Shown piece after piece: positions 8,266-18,015 of a stretch of DNA of 23,494 nt. The notes under the pieces are model-generated. The model was not told the DNA's origin. It was given only the letters and a program-made list of their open reading frames with translations, and searched no databases. This DNA comes from Prasinococcaceae sp. CCMP 1430. Its lineage: Eukaryota > Plantae > Prasinodermophyta. The number at the start of each line of letters is the position of its first letter. Position 1 is the first letter of the stretch. The position numbers were made by a program, and so were the translations under genes. The stretch spans positions 1-23,494 of the forward strand of contig RQSC01000189.1 in assembly GCA_013416795.1 (NCBI GenBank). Direction: 5' to 3'.

Positions 8266-9391
8266 ATGCGGGCCACACGCGCCGCGCCCCCTGCTGCCGC
8301 TGCTGCGGCCGCTGCTGCCGGGGCGGCCCGCCGCGCGATTCTTTTGGCGCGGAACCGCGGCCGCGCGGCAAGAAGTTCCGCAAGTTCAAGCAGGAGCTCG
8401 TGCCCGACGAGGCGCCGGCCGCGCCTGCCGCGCCCGCCGAGCGGCCGACGCAGGTGCTGGGGCAGAAGGTGGAGGAGGTGGTGCGTGGCGCGCCGCGATC
8501 CTTCGTGCGCGCCGCCCAGCGCTCGTGGCCCGCGTAGGCGGGCTGCACCGCGCCGCCGCTGTTCCGTCCCTCGCGGGCGCGCTGAGGGGCGCTCGCGCTC
8601 AGCACTTACACACTCGCGCGCACACAAACACACACACACACCGCCCGCGAACACACTCGGCGGCCCCGCGGTGCGCTGCGCGCCTGCCGCCGCCCCCGAA
8701 AACCCGCGCCAAACCGCAACACACTCCGCGATTTGGGTGCAATTTGGATATCACGCCGGTGTTTTACGGGCCCGAAATGAAGAACCGCAAACCCTTTCCG
8801 CGTCGCGTGGATAAGGAAGGGCGTCTGCAGGTGGCGGCCCCGCGCGAGTGCGCCGCGCCTGCGCGCGCGCCGTTCGACCCGGCCCTCCCCTCCGCGCGCC
8901 CTCGCGCCTGGTGCTGACCCGGGACCGCTCCTGCTGCGCCGCGCGATCGCGCCGCGCGCGCCGCTGCCCGCCGCCGGCGCCGCCGCTGCGCATGGTCATC
9001 CCGCAGTTCACGGCGGTGCCGGGCGTGAAGTCCATCTACCAGTACAGCGCGGACGAGCCCAACCCGTTCGAGTTCGTCAAGCCCGACGATGAGTGGATCG
9101 ACGAGAAGTGCGTTCGCCGCGCGCCTGCCGTGCCCCCAGCCCGCCGCCGCGGCGCGCGTTCGGGAGCCGCACGCTGACCGCCGTGCCATTCGCGCCGTCG
9201 CGCTCCCTCTTCCGCAAAGGTTCAACGCGCTGGGCTGGTTTCTCGACAAGTACATCTACTTCGCGGCGGTGCTCGTTCTCATCACCGGCGGTGTAGCCGC
9301 CACCGCGTACAATGACGGCGCTGAGCAGTACGTGCCTCCCGGCGGTGACACGGGCGCCGGCGAGGAGATCGCGTCCAAGATGCTCTTCTGA
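8266..9391 (+). CDS. Putative plastid-targeted small single-pass membrane protein (multi-exon; 5' structure uncertain)
   Basis: Exons 9007-9107 (FTAVPGVKSIYQYSADEPNPFEFVKPDDEWIDE) and 9220-9391 (FNALGWFLDKYIYFAAVLVLITGGVAATAYNDG..MLF*) are joined by a GTGCGT..AAAG intron. An upstream exon has an Ala/Arg-rich leader and GKKFRKFKQELV..KVEE. The start (8226 vs 8266 plus frameshift) and a possible middle exon near 8780-8830 are unresolved. Confidence 0.6.
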
Positions 9392-9563
9392 GCGTAATGT
9401 GTGTTTCTCCCCACGGGCGGCAAGGCGCGCGGCGCAGCGCGGCGCGGCGCATGCAGCCACCGGGGCGCCGGTCGTTGGCGCGCGCGCGCACACACACACA
9501 TGCGAGCGCTGCTTTGGGAATTCCTCTTGGACCAGCCTTAGTAGGCAGATGAGCGCCGAATCG

Positions 9564-12383
9564 CTAGCGGTCGGACGGGAGGGCGGCCGCGGCGCACGCC
9601 TCATCGAGGAGCTCCTCAGCCGCGGCGACGGCGCGCACCGTCTGGCTCCCTGGGCTTCGCTCTGACGGATGGGCAGCATCCGCGCACGCCTCGTCGATGG
9701 GCTCGTTGGCGACTGCGACGGCGTGTGCCGTCGCGCTGACAACGGGGCACTCCTGCTCGGCGCCTGCGCTGTCCCCAGACCTCGGATCCTTCTCGCCGGC
9801 ACCTCCAGCAACGCCCTTGTCTCCCTCGCCGTCATCCATCTCAGCGTAGCGCCGCGCGAGGAGTGCGCTCGCCGCTCGCGCGAGCGCGGCAGGTAGCGCG
9901 GCGATGGCAGCCTCGCGCGCCATGTCCTCTTTCCGTGTAGGGTCGTCGTCAGGTGCCTCGTAGTCGAGCTCCGGGGCGGTGAAGGAAGGGTCGAGCGCGC
10001 CGGAGCCGGTCGCGGCCCGCGGCTCGGCCTCGCCAGTGCCGTCGTCAGTGTCACCTCCGCCACTCAAGTGAGCAATTCCCGCAGGATGCGTAGGTACGTG
10101 CACATGCAGCGCGCTTTCGCGCGCCGCATGGAGCGGCGCAGCTGCTGCAAGCTCCTCGAGCATGCGGGCAACCTCAGCGGCACTCGATTCTTCCCTCGGG
10201 CTCTCCCCTTCCGCATCCATCATGGTGCTCGCCCTGAGCACATCGTCTGCAGCGCAGACGTCGCCATGCTCCTCGATGCCATCATCCGGCGGCAATGGGT
10301 ACCTCGTTCCCCCGCTGAAATCGCCGTCCCCGTACTCGTCGTCGCTCTCATCGTGGGCATCGTCGCCCGGAGCGCCGGGTTCGGGCGCGAAAACCTCACT
10401 AGCAAGCCCCTCAAGCCCACCCAGCCCACTGGCGGCGTTGCCTCCGCTGCCGCTCGGGCCTCGCTCCGGCGCCTGATGAAATGGCTCACCGAAAGCGCCC
10501 TCGCGGCCACTCTCACGCGGCGAGAGCCGCGGCGTGCGCGTGGCCGTGCGCGCGTCGCCGCGCTTCCCGCCCGCGGCTGTACCGTCGTTGCGATCGCGGG
10601 CCGAACCCGCATTTGCGGCACTCGCGCTGTCGATCGACCGGCGGCGGCGCACTTTGGCTATTTCCAGCGAAGGCACCGCGGAGTTCTTCACGGGCTGCCG
10701 CAGCCTTGCGCTAAGCACCTGTGTCAGCTCGACGTCGCCCCAGTTCACCTCTTCGGCGGCCAGTGCGGCGGCCTCTCGGCTTCGCTCGGTGAGTTGCAGG
10801 GGAGGCGGCGTAGGAATCCCAGCTCGCGGGTCGAGCTCTTCGCCAAGCTGGAGCTCTTCGGGCTTGACGAGCCCCCGCTGCACGGCTACAAGAATTTGTG
10901 TGAGGTGGTCAACATCCTCGTGCAGGAGCGACACGTCGTTGGTGGCTTGAGCAAGCTCCTCGCGGAGAGTCTCCACCTTCCCAGCGGAAATTGCCTCGCG
11001 CCCCTCGGCCTCCAGTGCGCGCTCATTTGCCTGCCGGGCGCGTTCGTCCGCCTGGCGGGCAATCTCCTCGCACTCACGCTCGCGCTCCTCTCCGAGCGCT
11101 TCTCGCGACTCCGCAGCTGCGAGCAGGCCCTCAGCCTGTGCCAAGCGCGCCTCGTACGCAGCCGTCTGTTCGTCAAGCGCGAGTCGCAGACTTGCGCAGC
11201 GTGCCTCGAGGCGCGCCACGGTCGCAGCAGCGGTCACATCCTGGAACGCGTGCGCGTGCGCATCCGCGGTGGCCTTAGCCGCTGCCGCGGCCACGCGAGC
11301 GCGCGCCTGCGATTGCATCGGTGACCCTTTGGTCACCTGTCCAGCAGCAGAGGCAGCGCGCGCTCCAGCAATGGCCACAGACGCGCGCGCAGCCGCTGCC
11401 GAACCGTCAGCGCCAGCGACCGCGCCCGAGACCTCGCAGGAGACGCCCTTGTCGAACCTCTCACTCTCCTCGCGGTGAAAGCCGCCGGAAAACCCGGCGA
11501 AGTGCGCGGACGTCGTGCTATTCCCCCCTCCAAGGCCTTGCAAATCGACGACGGCGGCGTGACACGCGGCGCCCTGGGTGCTATCCACAGAGCCATGCCC
11601 GTGCGCCAACATCGCGAGGTCGGGACGCGCGCCCTCGACCGAGCCGGGCTTTGCCCACTCGTGCCCCCCCACGCTCGCGAAGCTAGCGCTGGGAGCAGTG
11701 CTACTCCCTGCGGCCGCGGCGGCCCCCTCGCTCTCATCCCCCTTCCACGCCGGACGCGGTGGCAGCATGCGCTCAACCTGCGCTTCCGTGAGCATTTGAC
11801 CACTCCTGGAGCTCGTGTAAAGTGAGTAAGCAGCCGCCGTCCGCCGGTCGATGTGCGCGGCGTACGCACGCTGCGCGCGCGTGGTCGGCTGCGCGGACTG
11901 CACACGCCGCCGCCCCTTGGACGGGTGCACGCCCATGACAGGTAGCGAGTTTTCCACCCACAGGTCGGGGGCTGCCAACGGTTGAGTGCGGCGCCCGTCG
12001 GCGGTGCTCGCGTGCCCCTTGCTCACGTGCCCCTTCCCCGGCGCGCCCACGTTAGGTGCCGACCGCACCTCCTCGAGCGGGCGCGCATGCGTGCGCGCCT
12101 CGCGTGCCCTGCGCCGTCGCGTGCCGCCGCAACCGTCGCTGCCTCCCGCACCGCTCGTCCCGCCGAGCCCCTTCCCGACGACGAGCGCTTCGAGCCCCCC
12201 CACCGGTTGCGCCGCTCCAGCGTCCGCGCCGTTCCCCGAGGCCTCAGGCGCGCCATGCGGCGGACGCACCGCCGGCATGGCGCCGCGCCGTGCCTCTCCC
12301 GAGGCGCTCGGCCCCGCGCTGCAACCCACCCTCAACCCCTCCCCTCCCGGCCGCGCATCATCCACAACATCACCTCCACCCAT
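9564..12383 (-). CDS. Large, mostly disordered acidic protein with a central coiled coil
   Basis: 939-codon ORF with heptad-like segment VARLEARCASLRLALDEQ..LLHEDVDHLTQILVAVQ; no family recognised; true start may be a downstream Met. Confidence 0.65.
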   Translation of the reverse strand: MGGGDVVDDARPGGEGLRVGCSAGPSASGEARRGAMPAVRPPHGAPEASGNGADAGAAQPVGGLEALVVGKGLGGTSGAGGSDGCGGTRRRRAREARTHARPLEEVRSAPNVGAPGKGHVSKGHASTADGRRTQPLAAPDLWVENSLPVMGVHPSKGRRRVQSAQPTTRAQRAYAAHIDRRTAAAYSLYTSSRSGQMLTEAQVERMLPPRPAWKGDESEGAAAAAGSSTAPSASFASVGGHEWAKPGSVEGARPDLAMLAHGHGSVDSTQGAACHAAVVDLQGLGGGNSTTSAHFAGFSGGFHREESERFDKGVSCEVSGAVAGADGSAAAARASVAIAGARAASAAGQVTKGSPMQSQARARVAAAAAKATADAHAHAFQDVTAAATVARLEARCASLRLALDEQTAAYEARLAQAEGLLAAAESREALGEERERECEEIARQADERARQANERALEAEGREAISAGKVETLREELAQATNDVSLLHEDVDHLTQILVAVQRGLVKPEELQLGEELDPRAGIPTPPPLQLTERSREAAALAAEEVNWGDVELTQVLSARLRQPVKNSAVPSLEIAKVRRRRSIDSASAANAGSARDRNDGTAAGGKRGDARTATRTPRLSPRESGREGAFGEPFHQAPERGPSGSGGNAASGLGGLEGLASEVFAPEPGAPGDDAHDESDDEYGDGDFSGGTRYPLPPDDGIEEHGDVCAADDVLRASTMMDAEGESPREESSAAEVARMLEELAAAAPLHAARESALHVHVPTHPAGIAHLSGGGDTDDGTGEAEPRAATGSGALDPSFTAPELDYEAPDDDPTRKEDMAREAAIAALPAALARAASALLARRYAEMDDGEGDKGVAGGAGEKDPRSGDSAGAEQECPVVSATAHAVAVANEPIDEACADAAHPSERSPGSQTVRAVAAAEELLDEACAAAALPSDR

Positions 12384-13117
12384 ACGCCTCCCTCGCCGCC
12401 CTGTGCGTCGATCTCCGGCCCCGCCCGCCTGCGCCGCTCGGCCAGCTGGCGCGCGAGCGCGCGGGGGAACTCCCGGCGGCGCGCGCCCACATCTACCACA
12501 TCCACATCCGCGCGGCGCCCCGAACTGGATCCGCGGCAGCTATTCGCCCTCGCTTCGCGCGCCTCGCTCGGTGGGACGCGGCGACGCCATCTCGGATCAG
12601 ATTCCCGGCAAGGCCCACCACCGACCGACCGACCCACCAACCAGCCAGCCGGGTCTGAAGAAGTTTTTTTTTGTTTCCCGTCGAACCATGGGCGAATCAA
12701 AAAGTTTGGCAAAAACAGACAAACGAGACGAGGGCAAACAGACCGACCCAACCTTCGGAAAAGTGCCTCGGTCGGTCGGAGGAACACCATTTTTTGTCGT
12801 TGCGCAACAGCCCATAAAACACACTGCAAAGGGACCTCAAAAAAAAAAAAGGCGAGGAGAAAAGTGAAGGGGGAGAATTGTAGCCGTTGTGCGGGGTGTC
12901 ACCCCACTGCGATTGGGCCACATCAAATCGCATTGGTTTCGCGCGGCCGTCGCCCGGAGGGGGGCGGCGTCGACGCCCGCGCGCGAATCGCGCCCATCGG
13001 AACGCATTCGGTGTGGGGAGCGCGCGCGCGCGCCGGCCGCCGAAGGTCAGTGGCAGCAACGCCAAACGCAGATGCGTATTGAGAGCGGGGGACTCGGCGA
13101 GCTCAGTGTGCGGCGCC
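12384..13117. promoter_or_regulatory. Divergent intergenic/promoter region
   Basis: Lies between head-to-head genes; poly-A/T tracts (12664-12672, 12839-12850) and repeated GACC/GGTC motifs. Confidence 0.5.
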
Positions 13118-15116
13118 ATGGCGACCGAGGCGGCGGCCACGCCGCGCGAGCGCACGCCGGTGCGTTTAGGAAGGGGCAGGATAGGGGCGCGGGCGGGCGC
13201 CCAGGGCAGGGAGCGCTTTCGGCCGTGCGTGTGAAGGGTGGAAAGTGGGAGGAACTCGGAGCGTTGCCCTTACGCGAGGTGTGGGGTTGGGGTCGGCGAC
13301 CACGCGGCTGACGCACGCGCCGCTGGCCGCATGTTCTGCTGACGCTCGCGCGCGCGTAGATGGGCGTGCGCGACGGCAACGCGAGCTCGCCGACCGAGTG
13401 GGGCTCGTACCAAAAGGCCCCGACGTCGAACGCCGCGCGCGCCGGCCTGCGCTCCGGCGCCACGCCGGTGTCGTGGGAGGACGTCGCGACGCCCTCTGCC
13501 GGCGAAGCCAAGGTGAGCGCGCGAGCAGCTCGGCGCTTCGCCGCCTGCACCCCGTGTTGGGATCACCCCCCCGACGACGCGCGTGCTCGGACCCATGTGC
13601 TGACACACAGCGAGCTTGTCCGCGCCCGCGGCACGCACAGACTCCTTCCTCCGCAAAGAGCCAAGCCTTCGCCACGCCGTCCAGCGCCCGCCGCCTCTCG
13701 CGGACCACCGGTGCAGGAGCGTGCTCGCCAGCTGCGTGGGCCCGCGCGGTGGCCATTCTCGCCGACGCGGAGGAGGAGGAGGAGGTGAAGGCTGAAAGAG
13801 CAGACGAAAATGAGGACGTCGCCGCAGACAGCGATGTCGAGGCCGATGGTGCCCAGCCCGACTCGCCCGACTCGCCCGCGGACTCCCTTTCCTCGGATGG
13901 TTCTCCGGTGATCGAGGTGCGCCTCTCACCAGCGGCCATCTCGCCGCCGAACATCGAGCACGCAACAACGCCCGTGGTTGCTGCGATCACGCCCGAAGCT
14001 GTGGCCACGCCTGCGGCAGTGACGCCGCCCGGCGACAACGCGTTGGCCGCCGCGCTCCTGGCCACCGCCCTGACTACCCCTATGAGCTGCATGAGCAAGG
14101 TGGAGGAGCTCGCCGAGGCCGATCAGGAGCAGGGCATCGAGCTCCTGGGTATGGCTGCGGCCGCGACGTGGGCATTCGCGTGCCTCAAGGCCACCCTTGA
14201 GACGCGCGCCGCGGCGGCTGCGGCCGCGGAGAGTGCTGCGAACGCCGCGCTGCCGACTGTGACGCTCGCGGCAGACAGGGTGCTCGCCGCTGCAGGCGCC
14301 GCGATGCCGACTGTGACGCTCGCGGCAGACAAGATGATCGCCGCCGCGAGCGCCGCGCTGCCGGCTGTGACGTTCGCGGCAGAAAAGGTCGCCGTATACA
14401 CCGAGACGGCCAAGGCCGCCGCCGCCGCTGCCATGCCGACGGTGACACTCGCGGCAGACAAGATGGTCACCGCGTACGCAGAAACAGCCAAGGCCGCCGT
14501 TACTGCCGCCGCCGCGGCGGCGCCCGTCGCGAGCACGGCTGCGGCCTCGGCTGCGAAGCCTCTCGGCGCTGCTGCCGCCGCGATGGTCACCGCACCTGCC
14601 GCGCCCATGGCGTTGGCCCTGGCCGCTTCGGCGCCGGCGCTCGGTTGCGCGCTCACCACTTGGGGGGTCGTTGTGGCACTCACCGCGCACGTCGCCAGTG
14701 CGGGCATGGGAGCGCTCGCCAACCTCGCAACGAGGCAGCTCAGCGCATCCGCGTCCGCCTGGGCCGCGGTGGTCGCTCCAGTGCTGGCAAGCCCCGTCAC
14801 ACCAACTGTGAAACCTGCTGCCGTGCCAGCGCCGCGCGTGACATTCGCCTCGCCGACCTTCGCATCGCCCGAAGTTGCCGGGACCCCGTCGGGCTTCATT
14901 GCCGCCGACACGCCCGCGCCGAGCACGCTGCGCCGCTCCGTGAGAAAGCGCCGCGTGTCGGTGCGCCTCGCGAGCCCCAAAGGGATGGGCGCCAGCACGC
15001 CTGGCCTGCCCCCCCTTCAATTCTTGGACTCGTCTTCGCCAACTGCGGCGATGACCTCTGCAACTCCGAGGCGCTCTGGGCGCATTGCCAGGCGCAAGTC
15101 CTCCAGCGGGCTCTGA
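13118..15116 (+). CDS. Ala-rich, S/T-Pro-rich protein with internal 18-26 aa repeats (exons 13118-13159, 13360-13512, 13641-15116)
   Basis: Phase-0 introns GTGCGT..CGTAG and GTGAGC..CACAG, both with a CTGAC branch motif. Repeats AA[LM]P[TA]VT[LF]AA[DE][RK]; basic C-terminus TPRRSGRIARRK; TGTAA near 15326. Confidence 0.72.
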
Positions 15117-15517
15117 GCATTGCGAGGCCTCGCACCCTCGGAAGAGCACCAGGCCAAGGCGCAAGGTACCTCGGTGTTGCATGCACACGCGGTGCCGCGC
15201 GCGTAGCATTGACCCCTCGCACATGGCCCCACGGTGCTCGCGCTCGACGAAGCGCTCGCAGACCCGGGCACGCCAGCGCGCACACGAGGGCACCACGCCC
15301 ACGAACAAAGGCTAGATTGCGACCCCTGTAACATACGTCCCACGAAACTCACGATCAGGGGAGCATGCTCCGAAGCTACTAGTGGAGAATAGGAGCCCTG
15401 ACTTACAGCCCGCACGGAGGAGAGCGCATACGCTCCGGTGGTACACTAGGGCGTGCGAGCGCACGGTTGCAGTTCCTGTAGGATCCTAGCAGCTCGCCGC
15501 CGGCAGCGCGCGCGAAT

Positions 15518-17245
15518 TTACTTGGAGCTGTCCTCCGCCGGCTTGGAGGCTGAACCTTCGCCCACGGCTGGTGTGCCATTCTTGAGTGGCTGTTTCGTAG
15601 TGGATGCTTCCGCTTTCGCGGCGTCCTCTGCATCGCGCTTCTCCTGCACGTACTTGGGGATCTCCCAGCGGCCTTCGCCAAGCAGGAAGACGGCGCCCGC
15701 CTGCTGCAGTGCGATGACGTCGTCACAGTACTCGTCATTGCACTCGTTCAACACCTCCTCCGGGTCGTGCTTCTCGAGCATCATGTCCCACACCTCGGGG
15801 AGCGCAGTGCCTGTCACAGTCAGCTTGTTGCTTTCCTGGAAAGTCTTGAGCGCGTTCTCGGTCGAGTCGCCGAATTGCCACCACTCCATGTCCTCGTCGC
15901 CGCAGAAGAAACCCTCCCTCGCGAGAACCAGCTGCAGGTAGCGAACACTCACGCCGCCATCGCCGTACATGAGCATTTGGCGCTTGACGGTTTCGCTGGC
16001 ACTCGTCGTGCTCGTGCTTTTCGAGGCACTGGCATCATCCTTGGATTCCTTCGTCGACACGGTCGCGGTCTTCTCCTTCGTGGTGGCGGTGGTGGTGGTT
16101 GTCACGCTCGCGCTGGCGACGGGGCGGGGTGGCGTCACCGGCGTGGTGCTGTCCTTCTCAGACGCCTTGTCGTCGTCTCGTTTGCTCGCCCCATCCGCGT
16201 CTTTCGGCTTGTCCGCCTCCCCCTTCGCTGCCTCGACGGGTCCCAGCAGTGCCTCCCACGTGGGCGCGTCGGCAATGCCCGTCTCCTCGAGCCCGTTACA
16301 CGCTTGGTAGAAGAAGAGCGCTTCCTGCGTACCGCCCTGGAAGAGCCACTCCTCCATGTCCTCGTCACCGGGATGGAATCCCGCGTCGTCGAGTGCCTTG
16401 TGCAGAGTGGCCATCCACTTGATGTCATCGGCGCCCATGCTCAGCACGGGCCTCTCGCCGGGCGGGATATCACCCACCGGGTTGAACTCGACGGGCAGGT
16501 CGCTCTTTGGTGCCGATGCGGGCGCCTCGCCAGCGCCCGCGAGAGCGCCTAGCGGGTCCTTGGCGGCGGCCTTGGCGGGCGTCGCGGGCTCGCCGGCAGG
16601 AGCCTCGTCGAAGAGCGGATCGTAGGGCACTTCTTCTTCGTCCTTCCGCTCCTTCTGCTCCGCCTTCTCCTGCTCTTCCTCCACGGTGTCCGCAGCCTGA
16701 GGCTGAAAGCTCGCCTTCACCTGCTTGTCCTCGCCATCGGAGTCGTATGCGGAGACATCGACGGCTGGCGGCTCGATTTGCGGCGGCGGGCCCTGCCGTG
16801 GCTCTGGCATGGCCACGAGCTTCGACTGCGTCAGCCTTAGCGCCGACACGAGCTCGCGGCGCATCTCGCTGAGCTCGTGCCTCAGAGAGCGCGCCTCGTC
16901 GAGGTGCTGCCGGCGCTCTTTGTTCCATTCGGCGCGCTCGCGCTCCCAGCTCTCCTCGCGCTTACGCCAGCTCGCCTCGATCTCCGCGACGCGCTCCTCC
17001 ATGCGCGCGTCCTTGATTTCCATCATGCTCTCCTGCACCTCGACCACCTGCGCGAGCTCGCCCACGGCGTCGAGCGCCTGCTTGCGCTCGGCCTTCTTCT
17101 CGGCCTTCTTCTCGGCCTTCTTGTCCGCCTTCTTCTTGCGCACCGCCCGCGCGCGGGGCGCGCGTCGCTCGTACCCGGCCGGATCGGCCTTGGGGATGGC
17201 CATCGGCATGCCTCCCTGCGCCGACTGCGCCGACAGCGCCTTCAT
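15518..17245 (-). CDS. PTAC5: pTAC5-like plastid protein: coiled coil + two peptidoglycan-binding (PG_binding_1) domains; N-terminus unresolved
   Basis: WERERAEWNKERRQHLDE coiled coil; two copies of L..L...GF..GDEDME.W.F...T..AL...Q...L..TG; C-terminal VFLLGEGRWE. From memory these match Arabidopsis pTAC5 motifs (GEEDME, VFLLGENRWE). TGTAA at 15407-15403. Confidence 0.75.
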   Translation of the reverse strand: MKALSAQSAQGGMPMAIPKADPAGYERRAPRARAVRKKKADKKAEKKAEKKAERKQALDAVGELAQVVEVQESMMEIKDARMEERVAEIEASWRKREESWERERAEWNKERRQHLDEARSLRHELSEMRRELVSALRLTQSKLVAMPEPRQGPPPQIEPPAVDVSAYDSDGEDKQVKASFQPQAADTVEEEQEKAEQKERKDEEEVPYDPLFDEAPAGEPATPAKAAAKDPLGALAGAGEAPASAPKSDLPVEFNPVGDIPPGERPVLSMGADDIKWMATLHKALDDAGFHPGDEDMEEWLFQGGTQEALFFYQACNGLEETGIADAPTWEALLGPVEAAKGEADKPKDADGASKRDDDKASEKDSTTPVTPPRPVASASVTTTTTATTKEKTATVSTKESKDDASASKSTSTTSASETVKRQMLMYGDGGVSVRYLQLVLAREGFFCGDEDMEWWQFGDSTENALKTFQESNKLTVTGTALPEVWDMMLEKHDPEEVLNECNDEYCDDVIALQQAGAVFLLGEGRWEIPKYVQEKRDAEDAAKAEASTTKQPLKNGTPAVGEGSASKPAEDSSK

Positions 17246-17310
17246 CGCCGCCACCGCCGCCGCCCGCTCTTGGCTCTTCGCTCGGCGCGCTCGGCGCGGC
17301 GCGTACGCAC

Positions 17311-17610
17311 CTCGGTGGTGAGCGCGCGCAGGATGGCGGCCCGCCGCGAGCCGTGCACGGTGGCCATCACCTGCACGCGCGACGCCTGCACCTGCTGCGG
17401 CATCGCGTGCGCCGCGTAGTACGCCTGCTGCTGCGCGTGCGCGAACTGCAGCTGCTGCATGGCGAGCTGCTGCTGCTGCTGCTGCTGCTGCTGCGCCTGC
17501 TGCTGCTGCTGCTGCGCCTGCGCGGCCACCGCCTGCTGCGTCTGCGCGGCGGCGGCGCCCGCCACGGCGGCTTGCGACGCCGCGAACCCGGCCTGCGGCA
17601 CCGCGGCCAA
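17311..17610 (-). CDS. Gln/Ala-rich coding exon (Q6-A-Q9), probably spliced to the pTAC5-like ORF
   Basis: Nearly all codons end in G/C in the QQQLAMQQLQFAHAQQQAYYAAHAMPQQ..LRALTTE frame. Donor GAG|GTGCGT at 17310; in-phase acceptor GCGCAG at 17225; candidate upstream acceptor at 17593. Confidence 0.55.
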
Positions 17611-17952
17611 TCATGTGGTCCGCCCTCGTGGGCATGACGGCCCTCCCCTGGCCCGCACGAGGGTGCGCATCGCGCGCACACCACCAACGCCGCCGCGGCG
17701 TTTTCCGCATGCGTTTTGACCTGCGGGGCGCAGAGATATCGTTTATCTCGGCGCGCGGGAAAATATCGCGAGTTGATGGCCCTATGAACGAATGGTGAAT
17801 GATGAATGAATGCGGTTGATCTGTTGGTGATGACTGACTGCTGCGGTTGGGACGTGTTGGGAGTGAGCTGGAGCTGCTGTGATGTGCTTTGCTTTGGGGT
17901 GAAGGCGGGTGCGCGCGCTCGCCACAGGGCGCGCGGGAGGGGTGCGGCCTCG

Positions 17953-17958
<6 letters not shown>

Positions 17959-17983
<25 letters not shown>

Positions 17984-17989
17984 CACCCC
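17959..17989 (-). repeat. (GGGGT)n tract, G-quadruplex-capable
   Basis: Six C-runs of at least 4 separated by single A on the + strand. Confidence 0.75.
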
Positions 17990-18015
17990 GACCTGGTGCC
18001 GCGGCGGCGGAGGGG

